Origin: Vicugna vicugna
Lineage: Eukaryota
Assembly (NCBI GenBank): GCA_013265495.1
Contig: MU057865.1
Location: 434,001-498,000 of the forward strand
Reading direction: 5' to 3'
Length of the DNA: 64,000 nt
Part shown: positions 38,240 through 51,100 of the stretch, piece by piece
How the letters are laid out: each line of letters starts with the position of its first letter
How positions within the stretch are numbered: the first letter of the stretch is position 1
Program-made: the position numbers and the translations under genes
The notes under the pieces: generated by a model
Told to the model about the DNA's origin: nothing
The model's database searches: none
The model's input: the letters and a program-made list of their open reading frames with translations, nothing else

Positions 38240-38460
38240 GAAGCTCAGGCTCGGGAGTCTGGACAACCAGACCTTAAGCCTGGTTCCATCTGACACCAGC
38301 TGTGGAAACTTGCACAAGTGTCTAACCCTCAGTTGCATCCTTTGTAAGATAAAGATAATGACGGTACCCACTGGGTTGGGTTCTGGTGACAATTAAATGA
38401 CATAATTCAGTTAACACATTGAGAAGAGTGCCCAGCCTGTTGTGGACACTCAAAAATTAA
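38240..38460 (+). mobile_element. MIR
   Basis: cagctgtggaaacttgcacaagt...cctcagtt...tttgtaagataaagataatgacggtacc. Confidence 0.7.
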
Positions 38461-39214
38461 CCGGCATCAGTTGTCTGAAGCCCAGGCTGATTCCACTTTG
38501 CCAGACCATGTGAACACTTCAAACAGCTTCTGTGTGAATGCTTCCTCAGAACCTTTGAGAGGAAAGAAGATTTTGCAAGGTTTGAGGAGTCTGGGATTTT
38601 AAATACAGTGCCAAGTCAGTCTGTCTGCCACATCCTTGCAGTACTAGGAGAAAAGCTTCCTAGCTAAGAAATGGAGCCAGAACTGCATGTGGCTGCGACA
38701 GTTTGCAGGTGGGAGAGTCACAGATGTGTCTGCATTCATGTCTACAAGGTGCAGCCTCATTACTGCAAGGTGAGAGGCCACTGTATACATGTGCACCCAC
38801 TAACGACTGTGGACCTGTCCCAGCAGACTGCCTATACCATTACATTTTTTTTTCTGGATGATGTGGTATGTTTTGAGTGAAGTGAGGAAAGAAGAAAGGG
38901 AGGTATTTTGTTAATTGCCAAGCATCTTGAATAATCAACGTTTCTGGTCAGTAATCTCTAATTTTCTAATTGATACAATTGTAATAAAGCCATTTATAAA
39001 ATGCTTTCCTTGTATTATTACATTCATTGTAAAAGAAATCAAGAACATGAATACATCTTTTCAAAAGCTGTATTTGTAAGCTCATGTTGATCATGTTACT
39101 CTCATGATTTGCCATTGTTTGATACAGGAAATTTCTTGATAACCTTTTCTTACCAAAGTTGGTTTGTTCTCTTCCAGTCTTGAGCCAAATGAGAACTCCC
39201 TATAAAGAAGGAAG

Positions 39215-39430
39215 TGCTATAGAGAAAAGAAATTTGAGGGCTAAGTGGACCTGGGTTGAATCTAAGCTTCACAACCTATTAGTTGTGTGACCTTGAACAA
39301 ATTAGGTTCTCCGAGTGTGAGTTTTCTCATATCTAACATGGGAATATTAATATCTACCTTTGGGTGTTTGTAAGAGTTAGAAATAATATATGTAAAATGC
39401 CTGAAATATAGCAGGGACTAAAAAAAAATT
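39215..39430 (+). mobile_element. MIR
   Basis: acctgggttgaatct...tagttgtgtgaccttgaacaa...gttttctcatatctaacatgggaata. Confidence 0.8.
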
Positions 39431-39609
39431 AGTCATTTGATTGGTTTGATTTTGATCTGTTACTATGGTAACTCTCATGCCGAGCATTTAAGGATGCCTG
39501 TTGTTCCCCACCAACATGGTCCCTGCACTTCCCAAAGTTCTCCAGCAGTGAATACAGAGATGTAAGCAAGCAAGAGAATCAAGTGTATCAGTACTGATTC
39601 TGATTTCAA

Positions 39610-39850
39610 ACTCTGTTTCAGATCTGTTCACTTTCTCCTCCAATGTCCCCCATCCAAGGTCGGGCCACTGTCACCTCCCATCTCAGCTCCTGCAGGAGCC
39701 TCTTAACCAGTCTCCAGATAGACTTCAGGCCTTTCCAATACATTCCCCACTAGTGGTCAGAGTGGTCCTTTTAAGTTTCAATCAAATCATGCCATTCCCT
39801 TTCTGAAGACCTGTCTAGGGCTACCCAATACACTTAGAGATCTAAATTCT
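39610..39850 (+). mobile_element. L2 relic
   Basis: gccactgtcacctccca...agcctcttaaccagtctcc...cagagtggtcctttt...aatcatgccattcc. Confidence 0.6.
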
Positions 39851-40086
39851 AGTTGGAGGTACTTCCCTGCCCTAAATATCACTTTCTTGATCCATCAAAT
39901 AACTGAATTGGTCCAGGTAACTTCTAAGATCTTTCACGATCTTTAATTTTCCAAGATTCTAGAATTCCACTTGGATTTTTTCAAGTATCAAAGTCACCCT
40001 ACTAGAACCAAAATGATGAAATTTCTATTAGTAAGTGTGATTAATGCTAGCTGTTGTAACAAATCCCTTCACTTCTGAGGCTCAAA

Positions 40087-40306
40087 CAGTGATGTGGTGG
40101 TAAATATTTAACAACTGTCTATCCAAACTAAAAGGAGAAGACAGCGTTCACTTGTAGAATTTGCTATTTTCATGGGATAAATACTCCCATCACGGCTGAT
40201 GTGGAGATTTAAGTTAAAACCATCACGTCATTGCCTATGGAGTTGGGAAGAGATGCTAGCTACTGGCTCTTTGGAGCTGCTATGAGCTGTCTCCAGCACA
40301 ACACTG
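40087..40306. mobile_element. MER63-like hAT MITE nested in the LTR
   Basis: TIRs cagtgatgtggtgg ... ccagcacaacactg; taaatatttaacaac. Confidence 0.75.
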
Positions 40307-40743
40307 GAATTAACTCAATAAAGTTTCTTAGTTTCTCACTTAATGTGTCAGTTCGGTGTGATCAGTGGGTGCAGAGTGAGGCTCTGCTGCTCATCATCGT
40401 CCAGGCTTCCTGGTTGTCAGAGGCTCTAGCCTATGTGTTACTCCATAGATCACGTAGGGTGTTGACATCCTGCTGCAAGGCAAAGGACAGAGAGAGCATG
40501 GAGGATCATGGCACCTTTGGGCTACCAAGACTGGAAGTGGCAACAATACTTCCTCCCATTTTCCTTTGATAAGAAGTTAATCACATGACCACTTCAGGGG
40601 ACACTGGGAAACACAGCCTAGCTGTAAGCCTAGCAGTAAAGAGAAATACAGCATTATCCTTGACAGTGTCTTACTTTTTCCTACACTAAAATATACCTTT
40701 GCCTTGAGAGGTAGACTGATCCCCTGCTGGCTTATTGTAGAAG

Positions 40744-41201
40744 TGTCTTAGATCTAACCATGACAAAGCGCCACAAACTGGGTGGCCTAAAATAAGAAAA
40801 AAACCACTCTCTTGCAGTTCTAGGGGCTAGAATTCCAAAATCAGGTTGTGGGCAGGACTGTGCTTTCTCTGCAGTTTCTAGGTAGGAAGACTTCCTTGCT
40901 TTTCCAGCTTCTGGTGGTTGTTGACAATCCTCGGCATTACATCTCTCATAGATGCATCACTCCAACCTCTTGCCTCCATCTGCACATGGCCTTCTTCGTG
41001 TCTATGTCTCTCTGTCCAAATTTCTCTCTTCTTATAAGGACACCAGTCATTGGATTAAGGCCCACCCTAATTCAGTATGACCTTATTTTAACTTGATTAC
41101 ATCTACAAAGACCTTATTTTGAAAAAAATCACATTTACACGTACCAGTAGTTAGGACTTGAACATATATTTTTTTGGCAAGGCACAATTCAACCCATAAC
41201 A
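40744..41201 (-). mobile_element. MLT1C-like LTR
   Basis: ccacaaactgggtggc...tataaggacaccagtcattggattaaggcccaccct...cacaattcaacccataaca. Confidence 0.9.
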
Positions 41202-42001
41202 CCGGCTTACCCCAAGAAGGGGCTGGCAAGCTTGGTAAATTCCAAGGCTTAGAATCTAGAACCCTAATCACCCCAAGAGAGGGACTAGAATTTCCCCAAA
41301 TGTGAATGCCAAGCCAGCAAGAAAGGGCTGGGGCCAAGTTCTTGCCATGTTATATTGTAATTGTTTCCTATCTGTTGATCATGCTGGGGGAAGCTCTGGT
41401 CCTTCCTACTGTCCGATTTATGGTCCTATTCGATCTCTGTGCATCACCTTATAATGAAGAGGCCACATGGGACCAGGACACCTACTATTAACTTTGTCTC
41501 TGGGAGTTTTCACCAATCAGTGCTGTTTGGGGATGCAGCTGTGGGAACCGCTTGGCTACCTGCCCTGGCTTGCATGACACCTCTTCTTAAAGGAGGCAAC
41601 AGAAAATCACATCCAGTCACTGTGACCAGAGCTGACGGCCCAGTTATGCACATTGAGCACTGATACAGCCCTTAGTTGGCTATCCATGAAAAGAAACAGG
41701 AACTGTGCACCTCCCACATCAAATCGACACACAGTGGTTGAGTAAGGACATGGTTATGTTAATTAACTCCCATTTGGAAAACAAAGGAATAGAAAACAGA
41801 TATCATGGGACCACAGTAAACTGAAATTCTATAGGTCAAGTGTTGTAAATTTTTCTGCCTTTACAATGGGGAAATTCTTGGTGAGACTCTGGTTCTGTCC
41901 TCTGGGAATGTTTCCTTTGTCCATTTATCTCCTTGGTCTCTTGCATCACCCTCTGGGGAAGGGCTCCTTCCTGTTCTTTACCTTGCCTGCAACATCTGCG
42001 G

Positions 42002-42478
42002 TGTATTAATCAGAGTTCTCCAGACAAACAGAACCAATAGGATGCAAAGGTGATTTTGATGAGGGATTGGCTCACACAGTTATGGAGCTGAGAAGTCCTA
42101 CAATCTGCTGTCTGTGAGCTGGAGACCCAGAAAGGCTGGTGATATATTTCAGTCTGAGTCCGAAGACCTGAGAACCAGGGATGTTGATGATGTAAATTTC
42201 AGTCTGAGGGGAGGAGAAGATGAGATATGTCCCAGCTCAAGCAATGAGGCAGAATAAAAGGGGTGAATTGCTCCCGCTTCAGCCTTTTTGTTCTATTTAG
42301 TCCCTCAACAGATTGCGTGATGCCCACACCCACTGGAGAGGGCAATCGACTTTACTGAATCCACTAATCCTAATGCTAATCTCTTCCAGGAGAACCATCA
42401 CAGACACACCCAGAAATAATGTTTCACCAGACAGCTGGCATTTCCTGATCAACTTGACACATAAAATTAACCATCGCT
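42002..42478 (-). mobile_element. MLT2 (ERVL) solo LTR
   Basis: tgtattaatcagagttctccag...ttgacacataaaattaaccatc; homologous to 17463-18082. Confidence 0.9.
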
Positions 42479-43861
42479 GTAGGCACTGGGATGCATGCCC
42501 TTCTTGGGGCTGTGGAATTTTCAGAGCTCATTTAAAGGCACTAAGGCTGAGGTTGCAAGGATGGTTTTAAATCTTGAATAATCAAGGGGTTGTTTCACTG
42601 CAGGTTTATGGTTTCTCCAGCAACACGAATCCCTCAAAAACTTAGTAAACTGCTGATCTATTTGCTTAAAGTCAGCCTCATGTCAGTAACTGAGGCGCCC
42701 AAGATTTTTTCCCCAGATAGAGTCCAAATCTGATTATTTCTTTCTTTTCCTCTTTCAACCTAATGGCAGCTACCTTGAGGCTGTTGGGTTATTTTTAACC
42801 TCACCTTGTCCACAAATGCAGGGGAAATTGGTGGGAGTCTGTTGCACAAAAGCTTATTCGGTCTTTTTTTTCCCTACTCACTGGGGCCAAAGAAGCAGTC
42901 AGTATTTGTAATTCAAGTCCCCATTACTACTGGACTTTATTTTGTTTTATTTTATTTTTTATAAGCTGATCAATTTTTTTCTCTTGAGCTCATCACTTTA
43001 TTACAATTTCCAACTAAATTCAGCAATAATTGCAAACAAACACTAACACCCTACTGCATTTCCAACCACTTCACCTTGAGCCCCAGGCGCAGTGGGAATG
43101 AAATCTTCCTCCCAAGTATTTATCGCATGTACCACAGTGGTAATAACATGAGTCCCCATCTTTCCAGCTCCTAAGATCAGCTTCCCTGCTACCTGCCATG
43201 TGACTTCTAAGTCATTGCCACACATTTTGGTTTTTGTTCTAACAGCACTCCATTTCAGAGTAGCAGTTTCCATACTAGGATAACTAATGCTCCTTGTTGT
43301 AACAAAACTCCCCAATTCTCAGTGGATTAACACATCAAGAGTCTGTTCCTTACTCATGATTGGCAGAGGCGGGGAGGTACAGGGTGAACTCAAGATACTT
43401 TCATCCTTTGTCACTGCCGTCTTCAACATGTGGCCTTTGAGCTCACCACTGAAGGAAGAGAGAAGACCCACCATCTCAGTCTGTAAGTAACCCGTGGGTT
43501 TTCCTTGCATCCCTCTGGCTCCACTGGGGCACAAGGGAACTGGGAAAGGCAGGAATGTGGGGGCAGGGTCTGCCCATGGCCTTGGCGCCCGGGGTTGGGG
43601 GGTGGGGGATGCGGCTGGTGCGTCCGTGTGCTGGGGGGCTCCTGGGCTCACAGCACTATGAGCTGGCTTCATGGAGATCTGGAGTCTTTTTAAATTAGCA
43701 TTTTGCTGTAATGAACAGAACAAGACACAGAACAATAGTTCTTGACAACAGACTCAACACACTCCAAATGGAAACATAATGTAGAAGCTATTCGAATCAT
43801 CCCAAATGACCAAGTCCTACAAGCATGGCATTACAGTGGCACGTTAAGACATACCTGTTAC

Positions 43862-43888
43862 AATAATAATAATAATAATAATAATAAT
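43862..43888. repeat. (AAT)9 microsatellite
   Basis: Direct reading. Confidence 0.97.
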
Positions 43889-44129
43889 TAGTTGTGTATC
43901 CAGAACAGGAAATGCATTTGGTGAGCTTCTAGAATGGTCTCTGCCAGTGACCTAATTGTTTATTTCACTTATGATAAGAGTAGTTTTGCCCTCGGTCATC
44001 TCTGAACAGGGCAGTGTTAGGAAAGAAGTAGACTGAGAAGTGCAGACTGGATAAAAAGAACCTGAGTCAGAACCACTCACAATTCAACACAGCCAGAATT
44101 TATTGAACACTCACTACATTCCTGGCTCT

Positions 44130-44652
44130 TGTCTGGGTAGCTTTGATCATGCCAAGTAAACACTGGCACTCACCATCTGCCTCTACAGGGACTGGATCAC
44201 ACTGCCACCTGCCATCTAACTCTGCGTGGATTCAGCTGTGAGCCACTGCAGCCTCTGACCTCCCACACACCCTGAAAGGAGTTCGGGATGGAGGTCAGAA
44301 ATGAGGCGCTCTGTGCTCTGGGAACACTGGTGGAACAGGCCTTCAGATAGATGTTTTCATGAGATTTTATGAGCCCAAATTCTTGCGTCTCCTCGTATCT
44401 AGAAAAGCACTAACATCATTAAGGGTGACATCTGCTCCTCGTGACAGGCAGCAGGCCTCTGCCTAGGTATGTGTTTGACTGCATGGACCCCCTTTGCTGA
44501 AACCACATGTAACACTGAGCTCTCCCCTTGCCTCTTCAGAGCAGCTCCTCAGAACTTCCTGGGGTGCCGTCTCCCGGGCTATAGTCCTCATTTTGCCCCT
44601 AGTAAAACTTACCCCATGACTCTCGCGTCGTGTGATTTCATTTCAGTTGACC
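44130..44652 (+). mobile_element. ERV1-class solo LTR (cetartiodactyl type)
   Basis: tgtc start; tagaaaagcactaa; gtctcccgggctatagtcctcattttgcccc, agtaaa polyA-signal variant; ends tttcagttgac. Confidence 0.75.
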
Positions 44653-45392
44653 ATTGTGAAAGCCTCTTTTGCACAGCGTCTCTAAATGTCAGCTAGAAAC
44701 TGCAAACACGCAAGGCACCCTGTGATGTTCTGTGTGTTTTTGGAGGGGGTATAGAAATAAATCTTACCAAGGTGTTAGGATAAATTTTCTTTTAATCACA
44801 ATGGAAACTTCTCTGCAGATTTTCTCTCCTCTAAATCACTAGGCTGTTTTGAAACCTAAAATGTAAAGGAAGAGGCAAACATTACTTTTTAGTTAAATCC
44901 CTTTTAGGCTCAATTATATCTATGTCTGGCCCTGAAAACAGAGCCAAACATGATGCCCGGGTCCTGGGGCCTTGTGGTAACCAGACACTCTCGGGTTGAA
45001 TAATTCATGAACTCAGCATCACCGCACATCCTCCCTGCTTTTGTTGACTGAAGTGCTTTGTTTTTCAAAACCTCCTTTGAGAGCTTTGGCAAACAAGTGC
45101 TATTTAACTCATAGATTTCCAGCGATGACAGACAGAGGCCTTTTCCTGCAGGTACAAGACAGCTTACCTTCTGATGGTGGAAATCTGATTATTGGCACGC
45201 TCCCTGCAAACGACCCTGTCCAAAATCAAACACAAATCCGAGAGATTCAAAAACAAACGAAAAAAGCCTGAGAGCCTAGCAAAATTCAAATTACGGCTGC
45301 CCTCCACTAGTAGAACACATAGAGCAGTAGCGGTTTGGGGTTGAGAGCTCTGCTTTGCTGATTTTGAAAGAAAGCAAAAAAAAAAAAAAAAA

Positions 45393-45415
45393 NNNNNNNN
45401 NNNNNNNNNNNNNNN
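45393..45415. other. Assembly gap (23 N) inside a poly-A tract
   Basis: Direct reading; A-runs on both sides. Confidence 0.99.
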
Positions 45416-46680
45416 AAAAAAAAAAAAAAAAAACCCATAAACCCCACACAGGCAGCTGCCCTACTTTCTAGATGGACACAAGAGTATTTACTCAGCACAG
45501 AGCCAGTCGGAGCTAATGGTTCTGAGTGCCTCTAATGGGCCCCCAGGTTGGGCAGAGCCAATTTTGGAAGAGCAGAAAGGTAGGGCCATCTGAGGGTGAG
45601 AAAAATCCGCTCAGATGGGACTTAACACCTCCTAGTCTCTCTCTCCACCCTCTCTCCTCGGGGGCTTTCAGATCCTCCCCACAGAGCATGTGTGCAGGGC
45701 TTCCAAAGCTCCAGAGCTTGGATCAATACCAAAAAGTTTGGAGGCTTATGAAATCTTCCAAATTGGAATGAAAACATCTCCCTGGGTGCTCGGCAGCACT
45801 AGGAAATGGAAATGAAACTTCTGAGTGAGGACGAAGCACTCCCCAGACCTTCATCTTATTTCCACTCCGCTGTCGTCCGAAATTAACACTTGCTCCAGAC
45901 ACCTAGCCCATTAGCTCGGGGAACGGGTCCTCAGCTTCAAGGAGAAGGGCAGCGGGGCTGGGGGCCTGGGTGAGGGGTGAGGGGCCCCCCGACTTGGAAT
46001 TCCACCCTGGTGACCCGACAAGAGGCGCGCATTACCATTTCGTTAGAAAGACGGAGCAGATGTGATAACAAGGTTGTCCTCCCTGGCTCTGGTCCTGATG
46101 TCACCACAAGGGTTTCCAGCGGTTGCTCTTTCTCGTTTTGTGCTCCTCATTAATCTCGGCTCCTCCAGCTGCCTCCTGCTCCTCCCTGACGCGTCTGACC
46201 GGCCTGTGTGCAAAGCCATCGCAGACTGTCACAGCCCTGCCTGCGTGGGGCTGGGTCTTCGCTCAGTTTGGTTTCAGCTATCTGTGCTTTCCTGCCGGCC
46301 ACCTCATGCTCCTCTTAAAGCCCGGTAACTTCATCGTCACCAAATTATTGCGTTTGAAAAAAGATAGTTCAAACTCAGATGATGCGTCTGTGGCATCTGT
46401 TGTGAAGGGCCATTTCCTCTGAATTCCGTGACTGTTTTTTGGAATCTTCCCCTTGTTCCATTCCTGACAGCCCTGAAGCTCTCTCTTGCCCTTTTGTTTG
46501 TTTTCCTAATACCCAGCTTGAATGCAGATATAATCATTTACTTTTTCCCAAAGATCAGGCTTAACCAGACCCAAGACTAAAAACAAAGTAATGGATTTAC
46601 TGGTTTGGCATAGGCTGGGATTCCAGATCCCTTTCTGTCAGAGTCAAAACCGAGGCTGAAGTTGATTTTGGTAAGGTTCT

Positions 46681-46889
46681 TTATTTTTATTTTTAATTTT
46701 TTATTGAAGTATAGTCAGTTACAAATATATCAATTTCTGGTGCACAGCATAATGTCCCAGTCATATGTATACATACATAGATTCATTTTCATATTCTTTT
46801 TCATCGTAGGTTACTACAAGATATTGAATATAGCTCCCTGTGCCGTACAGAAGAAATTTTTTAAAAATCTATTATATATATAGTCGATA
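46681..46889 (-). mobile_element. Young L1 3' end with TSD
   Basis: ttattgaagtatagtcagttaca...tacaagatattgaatatag; TSD ttggtaaggttct / ttagtaaagttct. Confidence 0.9.
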
Positions 46890-47164
46890 TTAGTAAAGTT
46901 CTGTAAAAACAGTTCGCCAAATTTATTGTGCTTGAGATCTGGAACACAACTGGGCATATGTATATTTTCCTGTTTTTGGCTTCCTAGCCCTTGTGGGACA
47001 AACAGGTGACAAGGTACTGTAGCAAATACCAAATAAGGGGGTCTGTGTAAACACTTGGATGAGAGAAATTGTGTCCTTTCTTCCTCGTGCATTCCTAGCA
47101 CTTGACATGTGATAATCAATTCTGTCGTTGTGAACAACACACTCTTATTTTATTTTTCTTTTTT

Positions 47165-47385
47165 GAGCAGTTAATATATGCCCAGTACTGTGCTAAGCTT
47201 CTTATACGTTGAATCTCATGACAGCTCTGTAAAACCGGGGTTATTACACCATCCCCATTTCACAGACCTGAAAACTGAGGCACTGGGAAGTTAAGCCTTG
47301 CCGAATTCGTAGAGAAGATATTGCTGGAGGCTGGCTGGGAATCCAGGCAGGGTCATTCCAAGGCCTTATGTCTTAGTCATTATAC
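47165..47385 (-). mobile_element. MIR
   Basis: actgtgctaagc...atccccatttcacaga...aaactgaggcac. Confidence 0.75.
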
Positions 47386-48054
47386 ATTTTTTTTTCTCTG
47401 AAAAAGCTGACTGGCTGTCAGGATACAACTTATAATCTAAACATGGAAACAGTGCTTAAACGTAATAGCTAGGAAGTGTGTATGGGATGTAGGTGTTTAG
47501 AACTATAAAGATCCAGAGACAGGAAAGGGTATGGTTTCCAGTTTCTCAGAGGAGGAAAACGGGGTGGGGGTGGTGAGGGGAAGAAAAAGTACGCCAAGTG
47601 AAGCGCCACCTAATTCAAGCACAGGGAAGGCCATGTGATCATAGAGGAGGGGCGTGGAACCTTGTTTGACGCCTAGCCCATCACTCTGCAGGGGGAGCCA
47701 CAGACTCCCGGACCTTCCTAAGACTCGATAAAGCACTGCAGAGAGCCACAGATTTGAGGACCAGGGTGTTGTTTAGAGGCTTCATTGTTGCTGTCCACTT
47801 CGTAGACCAATACGTTGACCTGTGTTTCATGCGCAGCTGAAGTCTGAGTGCAGAGACATCTCTCGCACCCGGGGCGGACCAAGGAGAGGAACAGGAGGTC
47901 CTCGGCAGTCACCAGTGAGCTTTTCTTCTCCACATCCTCCGCTCGCTCTTCGAGCTGGACTCGTGGCTGTCCCCAGCAGGCACTCGGGGCTGCAACACTG
48001 CTGATCCGGTTCTAACTGTCTTCTCGATCGACCCCAACTAGATTGGTACAGAAC

Positions 48055-48130
48055 ACTCGTGTCAGAGGTCATTTCTTCAAGCTGCAAGTTTAGGTCCAAT
48101 AAAAGGAAACAGTATTATACAGAAAAATGA
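48055..48130 (+). mobile_element. CR1/L3 LINE ORF2 C-terminal relic
   Basis: Translates RGHFFKLQ, then after a frameshift FRSNKRKQYYTE, resembling the CR1-clade RGH..KL...FR...RK.FF motif. Confidence 0.5.
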
Positions 48131-51100
48131 AGATGTTACAGGTTTTTTTAGAAACAATTACATCATTGCAGAGTTGAAAACTATGACTATTTCAGGCAAT
48201 GAAGTAACATTTATACATAAGCCCTTTGATAGTTAATATCAACTCCTTCTAGGAAATCTTATTCAAAGATTCAATTAATTGTCTGATTGTACTTCCAGGT
48301 CAGGTCTGTAATGCTGCTCTTGAGTGTGGACCCCAGGTGCCCAGGTATCAGTGATCACGTATCCGAGAAGGTGTACGGCTCTTAGACTATCTGCAGAGAG
48401 ATGTCCGGAGAGCCAGAAACAAAACCGCTGAACCCATTTCCAGTTTATTGCTGTTCCGGTGGTGTGGCTCCTGGTAATTTACGAGACTGTCTGTGGGTTT
48501 CAGGAACTCTTGAGATCTCCCGTCTAATAAAATAGCCGTGTCGTTTTTCCTGAGTGAAGGGACAGACATATATCAAGCAGTGCAATTTGTTTGATATCTC
48601 TTTGTACAGGAAAGGGAAGGGTTGAGACATTTGTAGATTAGTATAAAGAGGGAGGAAGTTAAGGTGTATACGGATGTTGAGAGAGACCTTGCGGTGGAAA
48701 GTACATAAAATGTCCTTTTGTATTTAACATTTTGGGGGCAGAAGACTTTATACTAAGAATGCTACCATTTCAAGCTGGAGCTGTCAGTTTAAAGACTTCG
48801 AGGTAGCCCATTGCATATTCCTTCAGGTTTCAAAGATTCCAAAATCTTTCTTTCTAACAATCAGTTAAAGTAACCCCTTACCTGAAGAGGCAGGTCACTC
48901 TGCTTTTCCTAATTGCAATAAAAGCTATAACACTGATTATGAAAGAAGCCTTTATGACGAGCCTTCATTCCCAGTGAGTAAACTGTCCTTTTCAAATGGC
49001 ATTCCCCAAAGAAAGGTTTTGTAATACGTGTTGGATCACTTGATCCAAAGGCTGGGTTCCTGAATCTGACTCACCCCACAGCGATGCCAAGAAGTGCAGA
49101 TCCGTTTAGTATAAGTTATAAAAGTACGATTTTCACTGACAAAAATAGAAGCCTGCACTACATACATTAAGAAAGGGGATATTCAATTATCTACGATTCT
49201 AGGCAATAACTAAGCCTGGAGAATCTGATACAGGGCCCATAGCTAGATGTCTGTCTCTCTATGCTTGTGGTGTGTGCGTGTGTGTGTGTGTGCGCGTGCA
49301 TGCAGATGTTCATATATTTGTATTCGTAAATACGTGAATGAGACAGTGAGATCAGAAGGCTGAGATTACAAGGGGGTCCTCGTAGCATTGGGATTGTCAG
49401 TTGTATATGAGATTCTGATTAGGAAAGTGGAGATTTTCTGACTAAAACCTGGGAGTTCCTTGTGGGCAGGACATAAATGTGCAAATGAATGTGTATTGAG
49501 CCATGGGCTTTTATAACGTCTTACTGATGGCAATGGTGTCATAAGTTCAATACACATGTCTTTTCTAGGCAAGGTATAGAATAGCTTTCTTCTTCAAAAG
49601 GTATTTTTTTTCTCTAGCTAGGGCTTCCCTCAACAGTGCTGGGCATTCAGTTAATGCGCGATTCAGAGTAAAGAGATCTGATTCTTTATAGCCCCTGCCT
49701 TTTCTCATAGAAATCATTCAGCAGTGTTGAGTCATTGGGGGGCAGTTATCGGAGGAGCCTGGCTGCATTCTTCTGGGGGGTCCTTAAGAATGGGGACCCC
49801 AACATTGGATAGAGCACAGGCTGGTAACTTACGTGAAGCTCAGACAACTTTGCAATAATTCTTCCAACTGTCCAACTCAATGGCAGCCCTCAGAAGGTAT
49901 TTCTTATCTATGACAGTTGCAGCTTTCAGTCCTAGATTGGATTTTTCCCTCTCCTCCCAGAAGATGTTTTAGTGATGTACCGGCTTTAGCATATGATTGG
50001 TAAGGCCTTGAAATAAATCCCCAGCTAAAAGAGAGGCACGCTATGGTGGGGTGGGGAAGGGCGTGCAAGTTCCCTAGTAAATCTGATAGCCTGCTAACAC
50101 TATTTCTAAGAAAGGAGGCATTTGTTCTCCATTTCTGCATCCTTTCCAAGTTTTTTTTTGACTCCTCCTCTCTTCTCCTTCTATTGTCATTTCTCTGTAG
50201 AATGATTTGACCAGATCAATCATCGCTGTTCTGAAATTTGTGATGGGTCTGTTTGCTGCCCAAGAATTGATTTTGCCATCTGAGGTGGTGCCTGGGACCA
50301 GTCAGCGGACTGGGATTCATTGGGCCTGAGTGTCCTCTGTCCTCCCTGGCACTTCGTGTGGTGGTGGACACATACCTTTCCTGCCAAAGCCTTGGTTTTC
50401 TTTACTCAAAGGAAAAAACAAAACAAAACAAAACCTGGTTTTGCCTTTAAGCCACTTAATAGACAGAAAGGAGATTGAAAAATCAAAGTTGGAGAATGAT
50501 GAATAGGTGAGAAGACTTGGGGTGAGAAAAAACAATTACATTCAAGGCAGTGATCAATGAGCATGAGTTGGTAGGGAAAGACACAAGGAAAGGCAGGATG
50601 GGAAAGGCCAGGGCACTGGACAAGTAAACAGAAGAGGGAAGATGCATTGAGATAAAGGAGAGAGAGGACAAGCTGGTGGAAAGGAGGATGAATAGGAGAG
50701 GGGCAGGGACGGCGGCAAAGCAAAAGCTCCCGGAGGAACTTCTGAAGCTCCCTGGGACCATGGGACAAAGTGACAGACAGCGGCCAATGTGCATCACAGC
50801 AACAACACACTGCTACATCTTCTGGCACCTGTGCCCTGCAGGACAATGTGTGGGTGAATGTTGCCAGGCCAGTTCTGCCTTTTGGAGATGCCTTTCCAGG
50901 ACCTCCCAGAAAGTCTTATATTCTGAACAGGGGTGTTAGCTAAAGGCAGGAGCAGTGTCTCCTGAAGACTCTATAAAAATCCACACTATTTATCTGAGAA
51001 TCTACACGTTTTTCCTGTTAACGCTTCAGTGCAGCTGCAGCAATAAGCTAAGCACAGTGAGGTCGGAGGGTTAAGATGCGCCTTGTCTCTGCGGAGCTGC

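Larger units (their letters stand above)
40025..43490 (-). mobile_element. Old MaLR (MLT1J/K-like) provirus remnant: LTR ~40025-40660, internal region, partial LTR ~43270-43490
   Basis: Two similar LTR ends (aatgctagctgttgtaacaaatccc / aatgctccttgttgtaacaaaactccc); LTR-internal junction ccacacattttggtttttgttctaacagcactcca...cagtttc. Confidence 0.65.
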
